Origin: Chrysomallon squamiferum | Taxonomy: Eukaryota > Animalia > Mollusca | NCBI GenBank assembly: GCA_012295275.1 | Contig: CM022673.1 | Location: 19,654,001 to 19,718,000, forward strand | Length of the DNA stretch: 64,000 nt | Reading direction: 5' to 3' | In this document: in pieces, positions 10,901 to 24,671 of the stretch | Position numbering within the stretch: the stretch's first letter is position 1 | Layout of the letters: each line of letters begins with the position of its first letter | Notes under the pieces: model-generated | What the model saw: only the letters and a program-made list of their open reading frames with translations | Database searches by the model: none | What the model was told of the DNA's origin: nothing | Position numbers and translations under genes: made by a program

Positions 10901-13900
10901 TGATACAACAATTTCAACAGCAATATTAAGCATAAACACTGATTGAAATCACAAATGGGTTTGCCAAAAGTTCTAATGTGAAGACTTGCAGGATTTACTA
11001 GCATCAGCTTCTTTCATATCTGAGGTGTATGTGTGTGTGGACATCTTCCAAAATAGACTCCTCTAACATATTCCCTATTAATATAACTGCTAATTAGTTT
11101 AGAGCAGTGTGGAAATCACCCATTCTAATTACTGTTTGAGAAATATTTTACACAGTCACACTTAATTACTATATCATTCTGTACTGGCCAAATTCAACTG
11201 TAAGACAATCTGTTCACCATTTTTCTTCTGCTCCTTCTTCTTTTGCCTTCCAAATACTTGTAAAAGAGGTCTATTCTGATATTTTATTCATTTGTTATTA
11301 ACCTGTTAAATATATGACCAGACAATACACATTAAAATCTCATCAACTAAAATTTGCAAAACTGTTAATTCTACTTTGTAATTGCAGCCATTTTGAACCT
11401 ATTTCTATTTTTGAAAATTAGAATTGGAAACAGAAATGTTTTCATTAGAGTGCAACAAACAAAACAGGATTAGACACTGAAATGTGATCCATATATTGAC
11501 ATACACTGAAGAGACAGGTATTACTAGAATCTGATTGAAAATGGCTTCTCATGATGATCAGTACCATAATTTTTTTCTGTAAACGTCAATACAGGCAAAC
11601 TGCTATAATTATTTTAATTAGTCATACTTCCTTATTTCCTGAACTAATTATTTCTTTGTGTGAAATGAAAAGTTAAGATATTTAACCCTTCCCCTTTCCT
11701 TTAAGTTGATCTAGCTGCTTAGTAATACCATATTTTAGACATACTACCAGTCCAGATACCCTAACAAATGAACCATCAAACCTTCTGAATACTCCTGGCT
11801 ATAATGAATAAATATATTTCAAGGGACAAAATTTTGTCCAAATTCAAGTTTGATGGTGTCCATTTTGAAAACTAGCTGGCTTAGTTAATCATTTTCATTT
11901 TTTTACAGGTAACTTGCTAATGTTATATCTGGAGTCCTCAGAACAAAATTATGTAACTCATGGAAGAATTTGATTATTCATGGTGTCTTGTTCCACTGAC
12001 TAATAATTACTGTGAATATATTGTAAAATGTATATTTGAATACTCCCTCCTTTTAAACCACTATGGCAGATCAGAGGTACCACAATTTGAGAGTACTAGT
12101 GGTCCTAAAACATTCCTGGGATGATGAACAAACTATGTCTACCATCAAACCTGAATACTCAGGATGTTATGACAACATTTTTTTGCGGTGTCAGCTCCTG
12201 GATTTAGTGTCTGGCATTGAATATGCTGGTGTAGAGTGGGTTTCTAGAAATGTTAGGCCTATGTAATAATAATAATTGCATGGTACCTCAATTCTAAAAT
12301 GTAATCTGTTCCATAAAGCTGTTTGAAAACTGAATTCATATTTTCCATAATTAATAATATAAACTGCATCAGTCTGTTCCAGATCCCCCAAAATATTGCC
12401 AATTTAAACCTAAATAACAATACTTACTTGCATAAAATCACACGCAAAAAACATAAAGACAATAAATAACATTTTAACTGAACTTTTCCTTTACTGAGAA
12501 TGACAGATGGTGTGAGTGGAAGAAAACTGGAGAGAAGAAGGGATGTTTGTGATGAAGATGGATCATCTTCTTTTAACACAAATTGTTCCATATGTCAGTT
12601 GTTCAAGAACAGAGGTATCACTGTATTAATAATAATGCCATCAGTGCACATGACATGCAAATTTCCATAATTCATTACTCTATATTTGCCATATTTGTTG
12701 CTGTTTTCAACTACTTTCAACTGTACGTGTGTGTGTGCGTGCATGTGTGTGTGTCTGCTAATACATACCAAATATCAAGCATTTATATTATAACAAATCT
12801 TGGAAATCTGGGCTGAACTGTGTCACTATGAGACATTTTGTCTTCACCGAGTTGTCAGGCTGGTCAGAGCTGAATTCTATTGGTTAGTTGACTGTAATAT
12901 TGAATTATCTTGTTTTATTGTTAATAATGTTTTCAGAAAGGCCAGTACAATTATAGTATGATGCTAGTACACATTAAATCACTGAGAATTACATGGAAGC
13001 ATTATATATTTTTTGTTTGTTATAAAATCTGATATTATTACTTGGTATAATAAAGTGAAACATGATATGCATTTAGAGGCTAAAAGAGGAGGAAATGGTG
13101 TAAGTCAGTATGGTGTAAGCTAATAAGTTTTAGATGTTTGATGCAAAATTGCCAGCATCAATGTATTATGGATTTATGCTTCATGTAGACTGCAATATTT
13201 TCTTATTTAGTACTTAAGTGCATATAAAAAAAAATAATAATAATAAAATTCTATTAGCTGTGTTAATACAAAGGGTTATATTATTTTCACACACAAAATC
13301 AGTGGTCAGTAGGTTGTATTAGAGGTAAATGGATAAACCAAACACACAGAAACACAGCTTAATATGTTAGCATCACATGAAGCTCATCTTGTGTTGGTAT
13401 AACTTAACTTCTTTAACTTAATATTATTAAAATTACATTGGTGACTTAAATGGAAACATCTTAACCCCTGTTAGTCCATAAAATCTGCTGCAGTTCATTT
13501 CATGTTAAATAATAATAATTACCACCAACCTTCCAAAAAAAAATAAAGGAATAAAGTTGAACAAAAAGCTACTAACACAAAAAGAATAACAACCCCCACA
13601 AAAAAAGAAAAAGAGATAGGACTATATGTTTATTTCAGAGTAAAGTCCAACCATATTAAACATTTTTATTACATAAATATTTTGTTTTAATATCTAGATT
13701 TAGAATAAAAATTTCAAATTTGTTTTTCTTACAGATTCTGTGCCTGCATGGATACAGGTAAGTGACTAGATCGTGCATTTCAATATTTCAAATGTACAGT
13801 GTTATTACTTACAGATTATTACTTAGATTATAATTTTGAATATTGTTCAAAAAGTGTTAATCCAAAGGAAAACATTTCAAAGGAGATATTTTTAATTTTT

Positions 13901-16667
13901 AATTGTTTATTTTTTTAAAAATTTTTTTATATAATAATGAAATTAATTTTATTGTGAAATTTATTTTCTTAAAATCCTTTTTAAATATTTGCGCAGTATA
14001 ATCTACTTAGGATCATTAAAACATGCTTCCCAAACTGCATTTGTTAACGAGGGACTAAGAGTATTATATTTCATTTTATAATTTTAATTTTTTTTTTTTA
14101 TAAATTTTTAAAATTATCTATTTCATACAGCTGTTGTTAGTTTAATGAAGTTTAATTATTATTATTTTTTTTTTTAGACAGAATGCACAGTTATTCAGAA
14201 AAAGAACTGGAGCTTTCAGGAAGATTGTGAAGAAATATGCTGAACTAGGTAAAATATGTAGCTGTAATTTTGATTAAATTTCTAATAATCTTATTCAATA
14301 ATATAATACTTAAGATAATTTAGTTATAGCTCTGCTATTGAGGGAGGAGCTCAAATCAGTTTATTCATGTGCAAAGGCAAAATGGAGATTGTTGTAAACC
14401 CACGATTTACAGTTAAAGATGAATATGGATGACACTGGGCTGATTTGCCAAGAACCCCCCAAACAGAAAAGTCACTTTTTTATCCCAGATGGTGATATCC
14501 TTTCCTGTTTCAGTATTTATTTCTGCACCTAATGTTGTTCCGTCCTTATCTGATGAAGCTGGAGAAGCATTAGAACAGTCTCATGGTAAATATAACTGTT
14601 TTTTAATCTTTATTTTCTCCATTACAAAAGTGATACGTTTTACATTTTCTTAATCTGTGACATCATTATTTCTTGAGACTAGTACACACTGATTTTATAT
14701 TTATGCTGTTGTAATTTTAATTTATGATGTGTTACTTAACAACTATGGATCATATAATACAAATTGATTGTGATTTGTAAAGTCCAGCCATACTGGTTTG
14801 TAATGTGGGTATCATGGGATTTCATACATATATAAAACTAACTTTTTTTTTTCTATTGCTTTGCCATTTTGCAAATTGGGGGGGGGGAAGAAAATAAAAA
14901 AATATATCATGCAGCTGACTGTATCTATGTGTATTTTTATTAATAAATTTTGTTTCATTACAATCAAAGCTATTGGTAACAGAGAATACTACCATTCTAT
15001 AAATGTACCATGTTTTACTGTACCCTGCTAACTGTCATCCACCAACATTTCTGATGACATACTTTAATGAAAACATATAGTAAAATTATGCTATAAGATG
15101 TGGTCAGCCGATCTTGTTTGTGTACATCAAGGAAACCAAAATACATTTTGCATTATATTTCATGAATACAAATTACATTTTTCTAAGTACTTACCTTCAA
15201 AAACTTCAAAGGTAATCAACTTGGCAAGGTTCAGTTTGTTGAACTTAGCAGACCACTTGTTGGTACTAGCCTATTGCTAAATGTGTATTCACATTGCCAT
15301 TTCATCATAGTAAGTCATAATTCCAATGCCAAAATCAGTTGAACACCAGTGTCTGAATTACAAAAGGGCTTTGTCTGTACTATGTTCAGTTATCTTTAGA
15401 AATTAATAACATGTAGATCAAAGAAGCTGGTGGTTTTCAAGAGAAGATAACAGCTACAAAGCTCAAGATGTCACTGACTGCTGCAAAGGCTATCAAGAAT
15501 CTCTTGAAGTAGTTCAACAAGCATTTTCAGATGAGGTATCAATTAATCCTTGTTATTTTAAACTGATTATAGGATATGGCAAAAAAGATTATTCCTGAAA
15601 CATTAGAGATTTATTTAACAATATGCTACAATACATAGCTTAATAAAAAAAATAGCTTTGTATAATTTTGTAGTGTTGACTGTTACATAAGAAATTATAT
15701 TAGCTTTGCCTGCTGTTAGTTACTCTAGTTTTAACATTAAGAGACCTTTCTGGTCACTTTTTTTTCTTTTTTTTTTTTATCCAAGCAGAATTTAAACAGA
15801 CATTTCTTATCAGTTAATAACAAACAGGAGTAATCACAGACTGATCCCTCTCTCATTTATTTTTATCATTTTTTCTCATGTTGTTTGATTTTCTTTCATC
15901 TATAAATTTTAGGGTCCATTTGATGGAATTTTAGGTTTTAGCCAAGGTGCTGCATTCTTGTCTCTGATTTGTGCACTGAGGGAACAACAACCTGGTATGT
16001 TACACTAAGTTTTCTTTTATTTTGCTTATAAATGTTCTGTGCTAATTATATGATATCATTTGTGTTTGAAAATATTTGAAGTTTAAAACAGTGAATTTTT
16101 ATTGGCAGTTGACTAGCTTGTTACCATCCAGATCATTAATTAAAAATATCTGTTTTTAATTGTTTTGTTTTTAATTTGATGCAATTATGAAAATGATCAT
16201 ACCAGACTGTTAAAATTATTGTTTTTTGTAGATGTATTCAAGTTCAATTTTGCCATATTTGTTGCTGGTTTCAAAAGCAGACAGGTACCTCACAGTGAAC
16301 TGTACAAGATAGCTGTTACAATTCCCACATTGCATGTATTTGGTGAAACTGATAATGTTATTCCAAAAGGTGAAATATTTCATTCTCTTTATTTCTCAGT
16401 TACAATTTTCTTAATTAGTTTTTGTTATATTTTTCTTCATAATGTAACGTACTATAATTTATATTTTTCTTCATAATATAATCTACTATAATTTGGATTT
16501 CAATTTTTTTTTTTTTTTAAGAATTGAGCGAAGATTTACTCATATGCTATACAAAAAAAGTAATTTTGCAACATCCTGGTGGACATTTCATAGCTGCATC
16601 TACACCACAGAAGAAATTTTATTTAGAATTCCTCAAGGAAATGTTAGAAAAGAAGAAATCATTATGA
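7428..16667 (+). CDS. OVCA2: Esterase OVCA2 / FSH1-family serine hydrolase, 8 exons, 227 aa
   Basis: Exons 7428-7460, 13735-13757, 14178-14248, 14514-14585, 15417-15535, 15913-15994, 16232-16369, 16522-16667; GT-AG and phase-consistent. Motifs LKILCLHGYRQN, FISAP, RSWWF, GPFDGILGFSQGAA (nucleophile Ser), PTLHVFGETD (Asp), HPGGH (His). Confidence 0.93.
7790..8175 (+). repeat. Dispersed ~385-bp repeat (MITE-like), copy A
   Basis: Colinear with the reverse complement of 57004-57389 (e.g. ttgtcaaatgaaaatgta...ccaattaaaa; tcaccaaaaacgtatttcaa; gacctgtttcaattgatagatg). Confidence 0.7.
8271..8502 (+). mobile_element. 5'-truncated SINE with (CAAT)n tail inserted into a second SINE
   Basis: Insert 8284-8393 is flanked by a 13-bp duplication TCTGTGACAGACA (8271) / TCTGCGACAGACA (8394). 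The host SINE matches 6376-6459, which lacks the insert. Confidence 0.65.
8816..11746 (-). mobile_element. Decayed Academ-like (XPG/FEN-nuclease-bearing) DNA transposon in OVCA2 intron 1
   Basis: Long imperfect TIRs (~400 bp; e.g. caaagaaataattagatcatgaaataaggaagtat vs caaagaaataattagttcaggaaataaggaagtat) with TAG...CTA termini. Frameshifted minus-strand remnants VIDGMASIQ..TFEDLA, HEKAD, VVIHSPGID, LGPKLCIILSGFHAFT, EFVCAMY match the IIDGMA / HEEAD / SPDTD / GFHAFTGCD series. Confidence 0.7.
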
Positions 16668-17649
16668 GATATTTAAATACAAAACGAGGCTGATAAATTA
16701 TTTTTTTTCTATTTTAAGAATTTAATGACTATTTTCTCCTATTGTCTTCATAAATTTTGTATTACAAAAGATTTTAAATATTTTTATAAACATGTTTGAA
16801 AATTTCTTCAGTTCTTTAAATGAGTGGTAAATGGCATATTTGGGTTGTAACAAACCATATTTATTTTTTTATGACTGAAAAATCATGTACTAAGAAAATC
16901 ATTAAGAGAGAATAAGTATAGATTAAAAACTGAAATGAAAGATCAGTATCTAATTAAAAATAAATAACTACATTTAATGGTTTATAAATGGTTACATAAA
17001 TAAGCTAACAACATCCATTCGTTTTCATATTAACCCTAATTTAACATAAATTCATGAAATCACATCATTGCTATCTTCATCCAATCCATATTTGCCTATT
17101 TTGGACAAAATTAAATTTTTCTTTAAAAATATGAGAAATGTTGAGGACTGTGACTTTGCTATGTTTGCAAATGGAAAAAAACTGTTGAACTTAATGTATT
17201 TGTGCAACACTGTTCTATTCAGAAACAAATTGTCATCTCTAACAAAACAATATTTGGAATAATGTAAGATGTAAGGAGTTTGTTCCTATAATTAAAATTT
17301 CCTTTAAATGTACCAACAGATAATTGAAAAACATTTCCAGCATCAGACTGGTGTAAACTGTATGGTTTACAGGACAAAATCATTTTACTGATTTAAAGCA
17401 AATTGGACTGTCATAATAAAAAATATTAGTACATTGCATAATAAAATGTACATGTAAACATAAAGAACAAAATCAACAAAGTAGCAGGTATAAAATTATT
17501 TTAATTTTATTAAAATATAAAGTTTGATAAACTTACATTTTAATTACAATTTATCTGTTGATGCATGAATATCTGTATCAAATTAGTTTTCCACAAAATA
17601 TTTTGATCTTTGTAATAATCTGTGAATCTTCAAATTTAATTGTTTTCAA

Positions 17650-20600
17650 AATATACTGCAGTGATCTTAGTCTCTACCTCATCAAGTTCAGTTCATTAAA
17701 CAAATTATTTTTGATTCAATGAGAATGCTGCTTCTTTTTCTGTGAGAATATGACCAAAAGGTTTTCTTGTTGATTTCATTAAATGTTTTCATCGATGGCT
17801 TTGCAAACCAAGCTGTATTCTAAATGAGATATCCCACATTAATTTCTGCATCTTTCGAGTGACCTAAAATAATGATGTATTAAATCAGAAAATGTTAAGA
17901 AAACAAAAATGGATGGCAACAATTTTACTGTTAAATTTTATAGCTTATTTTCAGTATTTATATCTGCCTCATTTTTATTTATCTGTGTTTTTTAGATTTT
18001 TGAAATAAATATCAACGTATCTAATATTCCAAATATTTTTGCATAATTTTGTTTTCAAAGTTTCCATTGGAATACATTCATGTTAATAAAAAAACTAAAT
18101 TATTTTGATTAATAAGATCTGCTGAGAAGTTGATGTTAGTCCCTTCTTCAAAAAAAGAACAACAGCAACAGCATAACTGTAAGTGAAGAATGAACTTTTT
18201 TAATTAGTTAATATTTCTTGTTCACAAATGATTAAGAACTAAGCAGTGATGTCTTCCATTAATTATTTAAATATTCATGTTTTATCTTCAATTTCTTTTA
18301 AAAAAATCTTTTTGTTTCTTTTTTTTAAAGTTATATTCTCTAGATGGTTTCAATATTCAGTATTTTGTGAAACTATATAACCAGTTTTGTTACATTTCCA
18401 TTATAACAATTTCATTGTTACACTTTATTAAAGTGCACATTTGGGGATAGAAAAAATAGTTTGCATATAATCCAAGTTCTGTTTTATTTATTATTATTAT
18501 TTTATTATTATTTTTTCTGCCTTACTGTCTTAATAAATAATAATATAAAAGAATTTGTTAGATATATTATTTATAGTGCTTTGGGTATACTTTAAAACCT
18601 CCCAGATGTAATACTGGTTTATATAAACATTTTCCTGTACTGTAAAAGTCGGAAATTAACTAGTGACATTATTCATTACTAGTATTCACAGCACTGTCAA
18701 TAGGTAATGTTCCAGCCATATTAATTTCATGTAAGTTTGCATCTGAAAAGAAGCATAAATATTAATAAGAAAAATATACATGGCAATGACTTTCAAGAGT
18801 TGAATTACAGTATAATCTGTGATATTTAAAACTGTTTTAACAATGGATAGTGCTTCTGCTGAGATAAAATGACCAATTTTCAAAAATGGCAAATTTACTT
18901 TTTTCTGTTCATTTTAACAGTAGATATCAAAGTAAAAATCCATTAACATGCTTTCTTAAAACCATTTAACCCTGTCCTTCAGTACATTTAGGTGGAAATT
19001 GTAAGAAAATATAGTAATAAAAATAGCAGAACAAAATATATTTAATTAAAAAGTTTTTAGCAACATAAAAATCAAACCAATACAAAAAACCTACACGACC
19101 AGTATTGCCACCTGAACAGAAATATGTATCAGCTGTGTTTACTTTTAAATATATTTCCATGTGAAAACTAATATTAAATTATTATAAATTGTAACCACTG
19201 TTACCTAAAGTTATGCCAAAACATTTAATAAATTGTGCACTAGCATATTCAAAATAAATGAAAGTCCACAAGTAAAATGTACTTATTGTGTCATCTTTAA
19301 TATAAAATCTCTTAATTATCCCTTTTAAATAGACATATTAAAATGAAAGCAATAAATCTAAATTAATTACTGATTTGTAGCACATATAAATATATAAATG
19401 TTTAAGGTCCTGCAATGTCCAAGACCAAAGTTCAATGGTATGCTCTCTGAAAATGTCCCACTTAAATTCCAGGCAGCAGTTGCCATACATAGTCATGGTC
19501 ACATGACAAAAGCTCCCAACAGGAGGCAGTCATTTTAATCTATCTTGCTAGCAGTTACTCCCCACTAATTGCTTTAAAACATTATGTAATCTGATTTTTG
19601 TAGAATATTCTACATTTGTTTATATTTTTTATTATTATTATCTCTATATACATGGATGTGTATATATTTTTATTCATTAAATACTTTTCCTTTTAGAAAA
19701 GAAATAAATGATGCTTATTTCAAGAAATGTATGGACAATGTCCCAAAGATGTAAATAAGACAAAACTATTTTTTTATGTTCTGCATGCTTGTGGGTGGCA
19801 TATTGTTTTAGTGTAGATTCTTGATATTAAACTTACCTTTGCTAAGAAGGTATTTAACAATTTTAACATTTCATTTACTGCCTGCCTGGTGCAGAGGAGT
19901 GAAGAAACCCTTTCTGTTCACTTTATTTATGTCACATCCTTAAATTAAGGAACAGTAATCAAGCTAATGAAATATAATGTAATCCAAAACTGATTTGAAT
20001 TTTTTTTGGGGGGGTTAAACATTTTTCATAAAATTAAAGATAAAAAAAAAATTAAATAAAAATTAATAAAAAACTATACTTAGGGGTAAGGAAAACAATG
20101 ACTGAATTTTTTTTTCTGTGTAAGCTATATCAACTAATGTTTTCAGTGAAGTTGAATTTAAGCATATTTACATTTTTGCTTTAATTGACGCTCTGTCATT
20201 TCTATAAATAACTTTTCTCTTTGTTATTATAAAATAAAATTAAACAATAAAATTGTTCAGAAATTGCTTGGAGATTACATCAGTATTTTAATAAAATAAC
20301 AACAAATCAGAGAACAATTAATTTACTTATACGAAGCAATAATTTTTTAAATTTTCATAATAAATATTACCTTTCAGAACTCTGAATTTGCAAAACAGAC
20401 AGATTTGGATTATGTGAATTGAGGATACCAACTGAGCATAGGACAAAATCATTATTAGTCACTCTCATGTTTGCACCTGAAATACAAAATATCTAAATAT
20501 TTATATCTGTATTAAAAACAATCTATATAAATACATTATTTTTAAGTAATTATTAGGGCTGTTAGCTGTGTTAATTAGATTATAATCAGTACAAATTAAC

Positions 20601-22182
20601 AAAAGATATGTAAAGCTTTCCTGAATATATAGGGAATCAATTCTCTTTTTCCACACTGAAAATATACTAACATTTATGATTTAAAATCATAATTGAAACA
20701 TTACATATATCAAATATTATAGTTTTATCAAATGAAAACACATATCAGTGGCAACAGAGATTACCATAAAAATGTTTTAAAATTATTTAACTTGTATATT
20801 TCTATTTAAATTTATAAATTGCAATGTTCTTTGTTGTGGAAAAAGTTAAAATTTGAAACATACCATAAACAATGTTAGACCATTTGATGACCAGTAAAGA
20901 ATTATTTACATCAACGTTCGTTTTCTCAACAAGCCTGATGGTGGGTTCGTGTATGATCATCTTCATAACCATTCTGAAAGATAAAGTAGAATAGCCCAAA
21001 GTAAAATGGAGTAGATAAATATGAACATACTAAATTTAAAAATAGTTTACTCATTTTAAAATTAATATAAGTATATATATACACCTGTGTGTATGTATAT
21101 GTATATTATTTGGTATAAGTATATTCATGTAAAGACTATATTTCACAGAACAACCAGACAATATTCGCTGGAAACAGACAATTGTTCACAGTACTTGTAC
21201 CTGATAATTTTCAGTACCATACCTTCATTTAACTTGCACCAGTTATGCATTCCTGCCATCCCTTTCACAAAACCTGGTGAGACCACTGCATACACAATCA
21301 TTAAAATAAATTAAAAGTCATAAATGTATATAATTAAAACAGTAAGTTTGATAAAATGGTAGATCAAGTAACAATATCTAAAACAATCCAGATGTATTGA
21401 AATATTTCATATATTTGTGAAACATCACTATAACTGATTATGTGATAATATTTACATAGCTACTTAATTTGGCAAACATTTTAATACCATTTTCCTGTCA
21501 GTTCCTTTTCGACATGAGGTAAATGTTCTAGTACAAAATAGAATTTTTATTTAGACTTGACTTAACAGATTAATATATCCCTGTAATTAAGAAGGTGAAA
21601 AATCAATAAAACTGGAGTTATGAAGAGAATAAATGAACGTAAACAAAATATTATATTTTCATATTGGTTCTGTTTAACCAAGAAATTACAAATTAATGAA
21701 AACTTTTTTCTTTTTTTTTTTAAATTATCCAGCACTAAACAAAATGAATTTGACTTGAATTAAAATCCTAGGTGGATCTAAACTGTTTAATAAATAAAAT
21801 ACATTGAAAATGAAACATTCTCCATCATCAACAAAATGTAGAAAAAGTACAAAACTACATTTATCAACATTTGAAAATGGAAGAAGTCAAAACAGCATTT
21901 ACGAACAAAGTTGTTAAGGAATAGTTTACACTGAAAAAGTAAACTTACCTCTGTAGTTTTTTACAATTATAAAATCTTGAATAAAAAAATAAAGTCCAGA
22001 CACAATCAAATCATATATATAAAATCATTTACTATAAAGGTGAACTTTAATAAATTCAAACAAAATAAAAAAGAAATTCATATCAAGTGATGAAACTGCT
22101 GTTTCAAAATGTGGTAAAGGATCATTGAGATTTATTAACATCAAGTTTAAAAACATCTTCCATGTTATAATATAACTGAACC
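17650..22182 (-). pseudogene. Multi-exon ankyrin-repeat pseudogene
   Basis: Exon-like blocks with AG/GT edges: 20973-20864, 20476-20371 (GANMRVTNND), 19938-19837 (GCDINKVNRKGFFTPLHQAGSK*NVKIVKYLLSK), from 18742 (ANLHEINMAGTLPIDSAVNTSNE*CH*LI), from 17863 (SKDAEINVGYLI*NTA), plus upstream exon-like blocks near 21290 and 22181-21948. Several stops and frame breaks. Confidence 0.7.
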
Positions 22183-22299
22183 TGAAATTTTCAGTGAGAG
22201 TGAAAGAGAAATAATAAAAGGATAAAGTTATGAGTAAATAAATATGTGTGTGTATGTGTGCAGAATTGCATAGACCTGTAGAATTTTATTATTATTTAA

Positions 22300-22745
22300 T
22301 TATTACGTTTTCAAAGACCTGGGATAAATTAATGTTTTTAAAATCGTTTTAAATTCTACCATTTCCCGTCGCAGTTATTAGTAAATATTCGAGTTAATGC
22401 CCTTTTATGAACACGAGACCATTGCATTCTCGGAGATGAATTTTACGGAAGCCCGTCGATGCCAGAAATGAATATAGGATTATTTTTTTTATTTTATTTT
22501 ATTTTTTTTCTTTCTCCTCTTAGTAGATAATTATAGCAACATAATTATCTGAAAGCTGTCCCGGTTCCAGAATTACCGGTTAAGTGTGCACGTGAGAGCG
22601 CGGGTTCCTGTTTATCTAATTAAATATACATTTAAAAAAAGCGTCGACCGGAATAACACTTAACAGTCTTCCGTAGAAACATTCGTAATATCTCGATAGA
22701 TTTCGACCTTCAATGAAAATGTCATATGACTAAATCGGTAGGTAT
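22300..22745. promoter_or_regulatory. CpG-rich promoter between the ankyrin pseudogene (-) and the kinase gene (+)
   Basis: Isolated CpG cluster in otherwise CpG-poor DNA; CACGTG near 22588; plus-strand donor-like G|GTAGGT at 22737/22738 suggests a non-coding first exon. Confidence 0.55.
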
Positions 22746-23232
22746 TTTCTATAATGTAATTATACATGGTGTGAGTTCATATACCATTTTATACGTACTT
22801 TGTTGGATATAGTTTATCTCACATACATAAATTAACTATATGAAACACAAGCAGATAATTATTAATTATTGTTTGATAATATTAGTTTATAACGAGTAGG
22901 AAGTATTGAAATTCAAAATGCCATCGGTCACATTACCATAGTTTCATATTCCTCTTTAAAATCTATTTCACCTCTGCACATTCTGATTATTGAATCTGAT
23001 AAATAAATATTCTGTAAAACGTAGGCTGATGCTGACTAGTCCTAAATCTAAACAGCATGATTACCATTAAAATATTTTTGCATTGTAATTGATACAATTT
23101 AACTTTTTAAAGCGTCTTACAAAGTTGCTTTAATTAATTTTTATTTTAAGTCTTTGCAAGCATGTTTAAAAAGTGTATTTTTTGTACAGATACTAGACAG
23201 CAGATCAGTAATAAACAAAACAATAAAAGCAG

Positions 23233-23271
<39 letters not shown>

Positions 23272-24671
23272 CAGTTTGAATTTTTTTTTTTTCTACATCA
23301 TAGAATTTAATCTTTTAATTTGAACTGTTTATTCAGGATCCATTTGAATCTTTGTGATGTTGGAAAAATCCTGTTTTTAAAAATTACTATTAATCAGTTG
23401 ATTATAATGCTGATTACCCAGGCAATAATGATGAACTGCCAATAACTAGAGATAATGTCCTGTGTTATATATGCTTAAAATGCAAAAGATTATACTTCAT
23501 TTTATAAATTGTATCTAACACAGCTCTTTATTACATAATTTTTTATAGTATAAAATATATCACAAATTAATCTAACCCTGAATGAATATTATTAAAGAAT
23601 GACAAAGAGGTGATTAAGTGCTGAGCCTACAACTGCTATTTTCCTGGAAGCTTCTGATGTTATTTTCCTATATTTGGGTCAGTTATAGACTAGTCACAAG
23701 CCTTGGAAATGAGTTTTAAAATAAGGAATAAACTCATTAACTGATTGATAAATGTGGATGATAATTAGCTAAACAACATGAAGAAACAAATGTTAGGACG
23801 TAAGAATTATATTTTGTATGTGTGAGTGTGACATCATGTGAACAATGGTTTTATTTGCATGAGGGTCATGCAGAACTGACCTTGGATAATCCAGGAAATG
23901 AAATATTACTTTAATTGTCTTTATCTGTATTATCTTTTCCTCGTATTGACACAAAAATTATTAATTTTTCCTTTCAGTTTATCAAAGTCTAATTATCAAT
24001 AATGTAAACTATACCACATTTAGTTATGTATCTAATTACTGAAACTGTATTATGAAAAAAGTAAAATTACAATTTATACAGTGCATGCTTTAGTTAGGAC
24101 TTTCTGCAAATGATTTAACTGTTGAACATGACAAAATGTTGTTTTAATTCTTGTTTCATACAACAGAGAAGCTCTTCATCATTTATTACTTATTTACTTT
24201 CAATCTTAATCCTTATTTTATATGTATTATTACTAATGTAATAAAAAATATATACATAAAAAAAGGGTTATGTGTAAGAAAATAATGCTGAATATGTGAT
24301 GGTTACAAAAGAAACTTGATAAATAGGAAAACAAATAGAATATAGTAAGGGAAATAAAATTTGATACGGACATTTTAATTTTATTAAATTAACATGTACA
24401 AGATTTAATATTCTACTGCCTGTTAGCTAAACTGTTTTTATATTCTGCGATTTTACTGAATGTAGTGTCTGATTAATCAAGAACTTTCTAGTGGGAAATG
24501 TTCTAACCAAAACACTTGAGCATCCCTTATCTAATTTCCTTCATTTGACACCACTGTTTTATTCATAAATGTTCAATGAAAATAAAGTAATAGTTTTATT
24601 GTCAAATATTTATTGTCATCAATGTTTCCTTTTTTCTTAACAGATGTTTGAATGTTAACGTTTATATCAAC

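Noticed and set aside
11900-12400. ORFs 12063-12266 (+) and 12191-12391 (-) as a nested gene
   Set aside because: No consistent exon chain; YIGLTF suggests a very old LINE relic, too weak to annotate.
19871-19873. In-frame TGA in an ankyrin exon as selenocysteine or readthrough
   Set aside because: The position is a consensus Gly (GGA>TGA), other exons carry TAA/TAG stops and frame breaks, and no SECIS was recognised.
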